Source: Tubiluchus corallicola
Lineage: Eukaryota; Animalia; Priapulida
Length of the DNA stretch: 64,000 nucleotides
Assembly (NCBI GenBank): GCA_030141605.1
Contig: JAQGDQ010000205.1
Coordinates: forward strand, 124,001 to 188,000
Direction: 5' to 3'
The translations under genes and the position numbers were made by a program. Within the stretch, counting starts at the first letter, position 1. Each line of letters begins with the position of its first letter. Shown here piece by piece: positions 21,289-33,557 of the stretch. Below the pieces are notes generated by a model. The model was not told where the DNA came from and made no database searches. It worked only from the letters and a program-made list of their open reading frames with translations.

Positions 21289-22142
21289 TAAACTATCATT
21301 AACTAAGAAAACTTAAATGGTAAATAGTTGAAAGTTAGATAACACTGACACAATCGCGTTCGTAGAACAACAAAAACTGAATGAGAAAAGTAACTAATTA
21401 TCACTTTTTGCACTGTCACTACACGCTTTCAGTCACCATATGTTGAGCGCCATTCGAATTAGATACAGAATATGTAGAATGTTACACTGCGTAGAATCCT
21501 CGCGTGTTATTGATCAGTTCACATGATGGTGAAACGATCTCTGAAGCCATCACAAGTAAGGCCCATTTTACAGTGAGCACGGAAAGAGAAATGACGCAAG
21601 GCATGTTGTCAGAAAATCACCAAATACGTGGAAATTTTTTTCTCGAAATCCCACGCAACAAGAAAGTTCATTTCACAGTGAAACCGCTCGGGTTTTTTTC
21701 CGGGCATCCAGTCAGCTGCAGCTAGTTTCGAGTTTTATACTGTATACACGTCTTACTCAAGTTATACTTGTCGTATTTCTCATATACATAAGTACAGTTG
21801 ATAATGTTAGCCCTTGCAATGTCAGACCTGTCGTTTTTTGGCAAAATTCTACTACTAGTACTAACCAAAATGTGTTATAAATAACATATAAATATGTATA
21901 TATATAATATACATAATATACGTAATATATAAAATAAATATATGTGCGCGTTAGTATTCTTTTTCACGAATATAGCCATCGATGTTGCATTAATAAAACA
22001 TAGAAACGTCAGTCCGTCAAATGAGAGATTAAATCTCATAATTTTATGTTGAAATATGTTAGTTCTTGTTCATTAAATAAGAAAGAAGTAATTGATGTCA
22101 TTTTTATTACAGGCACTTAAAATTATTTATAGTTAAAACAAC

Positions 22143-22233
22143 ATAACTTTATTAAAACTTTTGCATTAAAAAGTTAAAATCATGCCAAACGTTTCGACAG
22201 ACAACTGCTGTCATCATCAGTGGTAAATTTACA
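22143..22233 (-). mobile_element. Penelope/retrozyme-type terminal repeat with hammerhead motif, copy 1
   Basis: Minus strand CCA-CTGATGA-T-GACAG-cagttgt-CTGTC-GAAA-CGTT-TGG followed by an AT-rich tail; homologous to 25706-25803 (+). Confidence 0.7.
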
Positions 22234-24629
22234 AACATACAACTAGTTTATATGGGCAGACTCTATTATGCACAGTAGTTAACAGAAAGGAAAGAGGTAA
22301 TGAATAAACAGACCAGCAAAGAAATTGATACTTAAGTTACTGTATAAGTAGACGTCACAGATGCAAATACCAGCAACCAATATCTCCATAGCCAGCAGTC
22401 GCACTCAGTTACCATAAATTATACTTTAATGCCGTATTGGAGACTTCCGGGATGATTGTATTTGCAACAGAGGTATCAACCTGCCGAAATGGACTTGAGG
22501 TAGATAGCGTAACTGCCGACAACCCACACTGACCATGTTGATGTCTCAAGTCATTTATATGATAAGATAATGTACAAGTTCCAAAATAACGTCGGATTTT
22601 TTACTAGTGTGTAACACCATTACTACCTTCTCTTCGTTTTTTTCTAAATTTATTTCACAAACACGCTGTTTATTAGCGCAGACTATTGTTCTGACAGTGT
22701 GCTTTATAGCTATGACATTGACAGTTGCTGTCGAAACGATCGTCTGCGCTAATGAACATAGACATACAGACATAAACATTTTATTTATCTCTTCATTTAC
22801 GCCAGAATACAAATAGACTATTATTGCTATAGTTATTAATTAAACAGAATAAATTATGCATAAAAGAAAGAGTTAGGTGCAGGAGAAAGGGTAGCGAAAG
22901 ATCAATTGGTCATCAAGTCAGCTACCCTTCTCAGATTAATGTAACTTGTACAACGAGGCTAATTGAACCATGTAATATAATTATGAAGTAGGTTAAGAAA
23001 ATCAATTGTTAACATAAATTTATAGGGAAAGAAATTAAACTTGAAAGGGAAATAACTAAATAAGCTATGCAACAAGGAAGCATTAAAATAAAATGAAAAA
23101 TATGATGATCAACAAAATACGTAAAGCATTTACAGATTAAAACAAAACTAACTAGAAAACAGTCAAACCAAAAGACATAAATAAAACATAAACAATAAAT
23201 CAATGAAGGAAACAAAATATGCATGATAGAATCAAACTAAATAAAATGAAATAAAAATATGCAATAGCGTTTAATCAAATTATGTTAAGCGAAATGCCAA
23301 AGACTATGGAACACAAGAACTAGTACAGAAATGTTAATACCTAGAGGCGCTAGCTCTTTCACATATTTACTTAAAAAAATCACTTTTATATTAGAAACTT
23401 ACAATGTACATTTCAGAAGCATACAAAAACCATAACACGTAAACGCAGTTCATTCAAACATTTTAGAACCATTGTTCATCTGATCCAAGAATACTCTGAA
23501 AATTGTTTATTCCACTTTGGCGGTGGTAGAATTTTGTCGATTCATCAGTGAAGAAAATCTAATCTTTATATTGTTTTAGACCAGTGACAGTGGACACGGA
23601 TATGAATAGTATCACATACACATGTTGCTTGCCTGATGTTATTATAGACTGACTTCTTCAGCATTTCTTTATACATAGAGTTCCAAACATTTGACAAAAA
23701 CAACGAATTAGGTGTACATGAAAAGATAAACAATACAATTAGCAATTTTATGAATAACAATATTTATTGATATAAATTTACAAGCTACAAAAAAGCTAGC
23801 ACAGTTACATTATCAAAATGCTTTACTGAAGGACTTCTCTCTATTCTTGAATATTTACACTCCATTAAACATTTTTTACAAAATCTACAACAGGGGCTGG
23901 TTGGCTAAATAATCATTTTCTGTAAGCACTAAGCAGCCTATAATAAATAAGCAAACTACCACAAACTTACGCAAGGTTGGCAAACTAAAACAAAAGAAAG
24001 TTTAAGCTGGATTAACAGTTTGTACACTTGGCCAAGGGCCAAGTGATTTGTACACTAAATGTAAAAGTACTGACAAGTGAAAAGTAAAACATATATTTTA
24101 TTATTTTACAGCCATGGACAAACATGAATTTAGTAAGGCTAAGCAAATAGTGCAAGTTCAAAGCCTTCAATGCCAAAAAATTTGAGCCACACAGTTTTGT
24201 CTTTGTTATTCATATTTCACAATTAGTTACAGTCACACACCAACAAGACCGTAAAACCATTATTACCTAGCTATAGTTATCATACATAGTTCACTGTCTG
24301 ACTTTTAGTTTACCTCGATTCTTCTTAAACAGACAAAATAAATTGTCACCATTTTGCATCGAGTAAAATGTGAAACTATGTGACTTCAACATTTAGTCTT
24401 ATCAAAAATAACAATGAGCATGCCGCATTGCTGTAATCAGAGACCTAACACAATTATCCCAGTGATTATTTAAGTGTTCTTTCAACACTGTAACCTCATA
24501 CAGTCAAATAGATCAACAATCACTCATGTCTAGAACGTGAATAAAGCACAGATGAACAAATATATTCTGGTAAGAGCATACCAACCTATACAGACAGTGT
24601 TAAATTATTTCATTTACAGAAGAAGAGAA

Positions 24630-27600
24630 TCATTCGATTGATTTGAAGTGATCATCATCTATGGTGGAGTACACATGTCCTTCACTGAACAAAAACTCAA
24701 TCGCATCCCTGAAACAGCAAAACAATGGTTTCTTTTACTTTAAGTGTTTAATGCTTAAAATCCTATTGCTAAGATTTTGCTAATTACTTTTAAAGTGTTC
24801 AACGGAAAGAAACCATCGTACTTATTAGATCTACTGCAGTTTAGAAAAAATGCTGTCCAGCGTAGCATCCGTTTGATAGATGACACCTCACTTTTCCAAC
24901 CAAGATTTTAAAAACAGACAGTAGGCCCATTTTCTACTGCCGTGTCAAAACTCTGGAATGCTCTACCGAAAGAAATTCGTTCTTTAAATTCTAGCATAAC
25001 TTTCAAAAAAGTTGTCAAAACATACTTGTTTCTCGAAAATATGCATAAGAGTCACGTGACTTGGAATTTTAATTGCTACAATTCCAATGCTCTAGAGATC
25101 ATGCATTTGTTAATTTTAAAGATTAATCTTTAATAAAAGACAAATCAAATTAGCATAAACTCATAAGAACAACATTTAATCACCTGACAGCTGCTTGGTT
25201 TGGATTTCGTATTTGTTGCTGAATCGTCTGTATGCTTATACCTTCAGGTTCAACTGCTGAACATATTAATTTTAATATCTGAAACAGCAACACAATGAAT
25301 TGTGAAAACAAGACAAAGTATGAAAAAAGACAGACATTGTTTCATTTAACCTCACGTCGCTGCTTATTAGCTGCCATTTCATAACATGATTTGCGTAAAC
25401 AGCAGTTTATAACTTTCCATATTTGTAAGTTTCTTAACAGCAGCATATGAAAAAACTACAGGTACTTGTGGACTTATCATCTATACAAGTTTGATTTTAC
25501 AACCCGACCTGAACTTACAATACCAACTATGACTCATATATTTCGTTCTATTTCATTTCAAACAAATTAACTTTAACCTGCCATCTGTTTCGATAAATTC
25601 ATCCTAGGTGCCGCCTGTGTTCCGTTTTGCTATTGTTATCGCAGTCATGGGCACTGTCATTGTCGTATTTGTCGGTGATGTAGTTTGTGCCATAAAATTA
25701 GAATATTGTAAATTTACCACTGATGATGATTGCAGCAGCCTGTCGAAACATTTGGCACAGTTTATCTTAACTTTTTAATGTAAAAGATTTAAGAAAGCTT
25801 TATGATTCTCTACAATTATTGCTATTCCAAAATCAGTAGCAAGTACCTGATTTTGCATGTTCGTTAACCCGTTCATTTGTTGCTGTTGTTGCTGCTGATG
25901 AGGTTGATTGCTGGCAGCAGAAAAACTGTTGACACCAAAGTTGCCAAACTGGTCACCAGTTGTCTGGAAACTTGGCTCAGCTGTCTAAAAAATGCCAAGT
26001 ATGTTAGCTTGTGCAAAATATAATGTAATACCATAGCTAAGAAGCAAAACTCTAGTATAAACATGTGATATGCATAACTAAGTGCATTTTTAAAAATGGC
26101 ATTGCATAAACTTGTTTCTCTTGATGATTTATGATTTGCCACTTTGCTGATTGGACTGACAGTCTCATCGAAAAATGCACAATGCAAACTGAATTAAACA
26201 CCTCACAGTTAAAATGAAACTTGCCGTTTATCTGGGTGAACAAAACGCCTCTCTCTAAAATACAAATTAAATTCTTTAAAAGTGACCATAATTTACCACT
26301 TAGCTAGAAGGTAAATTTTATATAAACAATCTTACACTTCTTATTCTGACAGCGGGAAACAAGTTTAGTCAGCGGTTGCGACTTTCTGTTACCAGGTCGG
26401 ACAGTAGGTCTGCATTCTTATAATTCAACTAATACTAGGTAAGACACGGTGAAATTCCAAGTGAAATAGCTGCTAATTAAAGTGTACAACTCACTTCTAA
26501 ACTCACAAATTTTTAAAATGTATACTGTTACAAAAAAGTCGATTAGAATGGTATTATTTTCAACTGGTTTTATTAATTGTGAATAAATAGATAGAGCATT
26601 TCTAGACAGATATGCTACCTTTTAAATGGATTTGTTACCAAAACGAAAACACAAAAACAATAAAAACAATCTTGAAAATCGAAATTGCCAAATTCGAGTA
26701 AAATGTAAAACCAAGGGTAAACCTAAAAAGGGGCTTCCGGAACTGGTTGGGTCAAAAGATCAGAAACGTTTGAGAAAAAGTCACGTACCCTTCCTTTGTG
26801 TTTCGACAGATACATATGTGCATACATGACTTCTAACATATGTGAAGTAATCTCATCTGGGTCGGTTACAGGCATGATCTTGAAAGCCACGATGTTTTTA
26901 CGATCCTGGAATGATCGCACATTTCCACACACTCGAGCATAAGTGTTCTCCATCAATGGCTTTACTCGTTCCACTTCTGGAGTGTCATCCTGAACAAAAT
27001 AAACTGCTTTGTACTGAGAGTAAAAACCATTTCTAAACTTGATAAAAATGTTGTGCAGCGATGTACGAAAGACTCATTTCCTAAACGCATCAACAGATTT
27101 ATATACACCACAAATCTAACATATCGGTAAGAGAAATTACTATAAATGGTTACTACTGCACTAAACTTTTCAGTCTAGCTCTGGCAGAAAACATGGGGAA
27201 AAACCAGCTTCTGCCACAGGAATGCGAATCGCCAAAAACTCTGTGCCTATTGGACACTGATAAGACCATAAAAAGGATCGAAATTGTACTCATTAAAAGC
27301 TGACAGGATAAATAAAATGGATGGACTCAATACTAGGATTGTTTCAGCTACATCCAGGCTCATAGCTGTGCCAAGTAGCTTACAGACTCAAACTCATAGT
27401 TTGCTTGGACACCCTCATAATTAATGAAGTCGATAAAAATGCTCACCGTATTCTCTACCCACAGTTTAACTTCTACAGGTGGACCAGACATGTCATCTAT
27501 CTCGTATGTAATATTTGTTGCCTGTTCACGAACCGATCTGATAACTCCCACCACAGTGACCTGAAAAAACATGTTCCAGGTAAGATAAGAGCTTGTTTAA

Positions 27601-29851
27601 TTACAGCTCAAAAAATGAAAATAGATACTTTTTATACAAGGTTTTCAGTTAAGCTTTACTCATCTTAGCTTCAAATTTTGTAATACAGATTCATCATAAT
27701 GATACTAAAGAAAATGCAGCTATGGAGATACAAATATAATATGTCAAGCAACGTTTACTACGATCAGGTGAGAAATATGAAATATTAATTTTTGTTAAAT
27801 TTTTAATAATGGGCATTATGTCAAACCATTTTGTTCTGTTGAATCTAAAATTTAGTTACAAATGTTTTGAAAATTTAAAGGGCGGAACAACAAATGGGGG
27901 TAAAAACTGTATCTTTTATTGTAGTAAGCCAAGAAAAAAGTAACTTCACAAAAAGTTCTTATTGTAATAATTTAAAGATGATTTTGAAATAACCTCAACA
28001 AAAATAAAATGCGAAAGTTTTACTTGTAAAACGATTAACAAAATTTTTGGCTATGTTGTTCATAAATAAAACTGTCGCTTATTTGCCCAGTGTCTGAGGC
28101 AAGAAGTCGGTAAATGAAGAAAAACAGTGAAATACTTGTCATTTAACTCATTACGTACCTGATGTATGTTGACATCTCCTACTTTAAAAGTGTCATCATC
28201 CTGTTCAGATGCAAGTATGTGCTGCACTGTGCAAGGTATTAATGTCTGCTGCTTAAATCTCTGAAAAATGAAGGAAAATCTCTGACGTGCATCATTTATC
28301 ACCTGGTACGTATTATTAGAAATTTTATAGTCATTACAACTTATGATTCTATGTCTCTCTTAGACAGTTAACATTCATTTTCATGGCAATATATATATTT
28401 TGCAAAAAAGGATAGTTTACACTTTTTGAAGGTTGTGCCTGAGAAGGTGATGCAAACCCGCCCCCCGCTGGAGAGAATCCTCCTCCACCAAAACCTTGAT
28501 CGCCTCCACTAAATCCACCTCCAAATCCACTATTCCTACCAAATCCGCTTCCACCAAAACCTGAAATAGTTTACAAATTACAATATAAATTATTTCTTTA
28601 CATTTTTTCTTAAGCTACTAAAAAGTAGCATTAAATGATAAAATCATTAATTACGGTACATGCAAACACAGAACAATAATGAAGGGACATCAAAAACCTT
28701 TTAACTCGTAGCTTAGTTATGGGAATCAATAAGCATTTGTGAAACGATAAGGACTTGTGATATGATTTCGATAAGCGTTTTACAAGCATTGTACACAGTA
28801 TTACTACACAGTGCAAACTGCAAAGTATCATTTTATGTAATTAATGCTACCAGGTTTGAAGTTAACAAACATGATAATAAAAACAATTGTTCTCTATATG
28901 TTTATTATTGCTAGGGCACACAAATCGCCGAAATGACACATCAATTTCGATATTTATACTCCGATTGTATCGATCTTCTGTGGCGATAATCATTTATTTT
29001 ATCGATTCAATAATAGATAAATTGTTTTGTTTTGTATTTGAAAATCGATAAAAAAAATCAATTTTTCATCCTAAAACGATAATCAATTTCCATCAATATT
29101 GTAGCTATAAGTATAACCTGCTACTAATAATTTTAAGCTTCCAACTAAATGTCTAATGCCACTGTCACACTACTTGAAAGTTTAAACTGTAGTTGAAGTA
29201 AACACGACAATTACAAGACAACATTTCTGATAGCAAAAATTATTCAAGGCTCAGCAAATTGGAACCTCCAGTCTGACAGTGTTGACTTATCACACAAGTA
29301 TGATGTCTGTAGAATACGGCATCAACATCGAAGATGCTGAAAATTGCAAAAAATTTTATTACACTGTTTTTATTTCGGAAAACACAAAGCAAACCAGAGC
29401 AGAAATCTGGGACGATTTAGGAAAAATAAGCACTGGTACAATAAGCTAAAATACAGAACAATGCCGAAAATCCCTGGCAACCCTATTTTAAATTAATCCT
29501 GTATTTTGCTTTTATAAGCAATGCATCGTATCAAAACAGCAAACCTGTCCTTCCTGTCTAGCATGAGCGACACTATTATTATTAACAGGGGTTGACATTC
29601 AAATAGACACTAATCTGTTTTAAAACTATACTTTATTTTATTTAATTCAGAATACTTTTATCTCAGCATTACCTTAATTGGCTCAAGAAAAATTATAAAA
29701 ATAAATAAGATTAATACAAAGCATGTAAAGAATGCGAAATATTAATTCGGAACATTCAATGTTCAAGAGAACACCTCTTGTACAACGAAAATTAGGATAA
29801 GTCATAGTCTTTATAATGGCACTCACCAGCATTATTTTGATTGCTCCACAT
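24630..29851 (-). CDS. RPA2: Replication protein A 32 kDa subunit
   Basis: Exons 29851-29827, 28560-28421, 28260-28159, 27560-27447, 26989-26789, 25984-25847, 25278-25184, 24708-24630. MW start, Gly/Phe-rich N-tail with SP sites, OB fold ([50 protein letters not shown]), winged helix ending [23 protein letters not shown]. Confidence 0.95.
24790..25140 (+). mobile_element. LINE (CR1/L2-like) ORF2 3' fragment in last RPA2 intron
   Basis: [10 protein letters not shown]...[21 protein letters not shown] is a typical CR1/L2-clade ORF2 C-terminus. Confidence 0.7.
25706..25803 (+). mobile_element. Penelope/retrozyme-type repeat with hammerhead motif, copy 2 (RPA2 intron)
   Basis: TTGTAAATTTACCA-CTGATGA-TGATTGCAGCAGCCTGTC-GAAA-CATT-TGG; reverse-complement homolog of 22143-22233. 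Confidence 0.65.
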
Positions 29852-30009
29852 AGCGAATATTTTATTTAACTCTATAGACTTAATATACTAGTGCTAATAA
29901 AGAATAAATGAAATAACTTCAACACACAAATCAATACGACAAAACAGAACTAAACAGCACTAACAGTTTTAGAAAGCGAAACCGTCGAAGCCTAAACCTC
30001 GTTTTGCTC

Positions 30010-30021
30010 TTTCCCGCGAAA
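30010..30021. promoter_or_regulatory. Overlapping dual E2F site upstream of RPA2
   Basis: TTTCCCGCGAAA contains TTTSSCGC on + and TTTCGCGG on -, ~160 bp upstream of the RPA2 ATG; RPA2 is a known E2F-class target. Confidence 0.6.
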
Positions 30022-30819
30022 TAATTTAATTCGATTTATATGGTTTTATTTAGCACATTAACGCCGTGGTCTTCGCGCTAGAGTGTCTATATAATTACCA
30101 CGTAAAAAAATGTAATTGTGATGTAGGATAAACGAATTCGTGGAAAACTGTATTGAAGTGATTTTTACAAAAAAACGCGGATTATGGATATGTGGTAAAT
30201 GCTGCTTAATTATAATTATAATATTATTGCTTAGTAGTTAGTACTGTTGATTAAGACTAACAGGCACGATTACCTCTCTCAATTGTAGGGAGAAGAAGAA
30301 TTTATGCAAGAATTCAATAAAACAATTAAGAGATTGGTTCTATTAAATATTTATATGATTTTATGCTAATTTCATTTATTTTGAGAGAACTCTAAACTAC
30401 CTGCCTAGTTTTTGCGGGAGAATGATCTTACCACATTGTCATTTTGTCAGTTTGTACTGAGCATGAGAAGTGATACTGGGAGTTATGTAGTCATGTAGCC
30501 CCACTATGTTTTTACATAATAAGTTACATTAACAATCTGCCAACCCAGTGTTTCTCACGCACAAAAAATGATAGATCATACAGGAAAGAATTTGAGGTTT
30601 TTTTTCAGAAACTACTGAGTGGCGCCCAAGGCTCCTGCCATACCCTAGATACACCACCCCACATGGATAGTACTTGCTATTAGTGTGTTAGGTCTAGTAT
30701 AATTACAGTCCTACCAGAGCTACTGTATCATTTTCTATGTGGCTCTGGACCAGCCTCTCCTTCTCCACTTCTGCTACGTTATTCACATACTTGCTCTGTG
30801 AAAACATTTGTGCCTGAAA

Positions 30820-32262
30820 ACTCTGGTGGATGTACAGTGTGGGCTCCCAAAAGGATCAACTCTTGACCCTCTGTTTTTCTTACTTTGTATCAACGATTTC
30901 CCCTTAAATACTCAGTTACAAACTAGGGTTTTTGCTTGATAATACTAACCATTTTACTTCTGATGCTATCATAAATTCTTTTGAAGAATTTTTCAATAAT
31001 GAATATACCAAAGTAAATATTTGGATGTGAGCTAATCAACTGTCTACAAATTATTCCAAAACTAAATACATGCTGATTGGCAAACCCCAAAAACTAAAAA
31101 AATATATCATTAAATTTAACAATGGGATCAACTAAGCTGCAAATTGTCGAGCAAATTAAATACTTAGGTGTGTTAATAAATTCCAGTCTTTCGTGGAAAT
31201 CACATATTCAACATATTGTAAACAAAACAAAAAAATAATTGCCATTTTTTTCTAAAATCAGACATTACCTTAATCAAGATGCTAAGATGCTATAATATTA
31301 TTTATTATTTTCATTCTATTTAGAATATAGCATACTAACCTATGAATCAGCACCAGCATCCACCTTGCGTCCCTTGATTATCAATCGAAACAAATTCATT
31401 AAACCTATATCAAACACCAACAGAAGATCCCATGTTACACTCATACACCATCAACTAAAAATTTTAAGAACAGGTGCAAGCTAGAACTGGCCAAAGTTCT
31501 ATATAGGTTCAATCATAAGACACTGCCCGAGGTATTTGTAAACTACTATCAACCTGTATCTTATATTTATGAATGTTCTACTCATTTTGCTTCTAAGTAT
31601 AGAGGTACAACACAAGTAAAGGGCAAAAATTCCTACTATATCAAGGTGTTTGGAACAGTACTGTACTTTGGAACAGTTTACCATCAGAGCTTAAAAATGG
31701 TCCTTATAGCTACTTAATACATAACTATAAATTTATGCTGATATCTAGCTCCTTAGATACTAACTAAACTCTTACTACTAGGCAATGTTTTACTAATTAT
31801 CTCCATTATTTCTCCTTTCATTAATCATTTATTAATTTCTATCGCAGTGGATTTTGCATCGCATTGTGCATGTTTAATTTTTATTTTCACAGCCAAGAAA
31901 GGGGAAGGTAAGAACCATCGTCAAAACTAGGTAGCCCCTGTGATGTATCTGTTATATAAATCACGCCGTTTTGGTATATTTTATTCAATTTCTTTCTTCT
32001 TTCTTTACATATTTATAAGGTACATATTTTCTTGCTATTTTAATTCTTTTTTGTATTTGTTTACATCATTTTTCCCTCTTGCCACAAAGCCGAATTATTT
32101 CATTTATTTTTTTTTCTTTATTTGCTTATATTCGTATTTTTGTTGTTGTTGATACTACTTAGTCAAATTATAATGCGTATTTATTTTTTGCATTTACCCT
32201 ATAAAATGTGTATTTTAAGGAAATAAATGAAAATTGTCTGTGTCTATGTATATGTCTATGTC
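30820..32262 (+). mobile_element. Decayed LINE (CR1/L2-type reverse transcriptase) remnant
   Basis: CGLPKGSTLDPLFFLLCINDFP (cf. GVPQGSxLGPLLFLLYINDLP), VFA.DNT (FADDT-like, frameshifted), KYLGVLINSSLSWKSHI; stops and frameshifts; ends in AATAAA plus a (TATGTC)n tail. Confidence 0.8.
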
Positions 32263-33557
32263 TTGAGAATTAAAATTACGCTGAGATAGTACGAGCTGAA
32301 GTTAACTTAGTGGTTCCACATATTGCTGCAAGTTACGGCCACGGATAACGACGGATTGACGCGGCACGTTAATTATCAAGTAAATTTGTGTTAAAGTACA
32401 TAGTATGTAGATTTACACAGGCAGCAAAAGTCAAACTCGGGTAGCTTTTCTTTGTACCTGTCGGGTACCCGAGTTAAGCAGAGCGGCAGAGAAAAAATTC
32501 AAATCTTGTTCAATTCATAAGTAAATACAACCACTGGTGCATTTTAACTGCACTGTTAAGTTAAGAATAAGTATTTAGTTATTACACTGAGAGGCCTAAA
32601 TACATGAGGTATGAGCTACGTCGACATTAGACTGAGCTTTTTGCCCTTATCTCCCAGACTGAATTACTTGTATTGCATGTTGTATTTAGTCAACTGCGTC
32701 AGCCTACTGCGCTGAGGACGCAAGTATTAATGCAGCTTAGGGTTTAGGCGAGTGTAATAATCTATATTGTCTTTCTTGTTAAACTTAACAGTCCATTTAC
32801 TTGATTCTCTGTTAGTGACCTGACACAGATCTTTAAATGTTAATAAACAATTTCTTGTGGATAGTTAACCTCTTAGTAAAGAAGTCATAGTAGTATAGAA
32901 AAGCATGCTCATACTATGCATAGTATGTTTTTTGTAGATCACCATAAGGCAAAAGTGGTTTGGTCTACCAGGAGCTTGCAACTGATAGAGATAATCACTG
33001 CTGGCTTGCTGATGCTTTAGTACAGTAGTCCAATTAATAATGAGCAATAATTTACTAATGACCAACTCTAACGTGTTTCAGTACCTTGGCTTCAACACAT
33101 TTAAAGCACTTCCACACATTGCTTTTCTTCGCAAAAATGAGTATTCTGTCACCAGCTAGCTAGCAGAGCTGATGACTAGAACGAGCCAGGAATGCGAAGT
33201 ATTAGTCCTAAATGTGCACTGTTGTCTTGGCAAACTGCCAACTTAGCAGTTAATTGTCATCTGGTCTAAACACTCGAATTTAATTTAAACCTGCACACTT
33301 TGTAACTCAGACACATTTTGTTAGTTAAAATAATAACCTTTGATTTCTGAATCTGGATACCTACATGATGGTGACTGTTTTTCGCGGAAATTTGGTATAT
33401 ATATTTTTTCCTGGTAGTCTTCATACATGTCGATTTCATTTGTGCAATTGTGTCTCATTAGTGAGAGCTCCATAGTTTGATTATACAATTCTGAAGCTCT
33501 GTTTTTTTTTATTCCTGCAGAACATACGAGGAATCCAATTGACGATGTAAAGCAATC

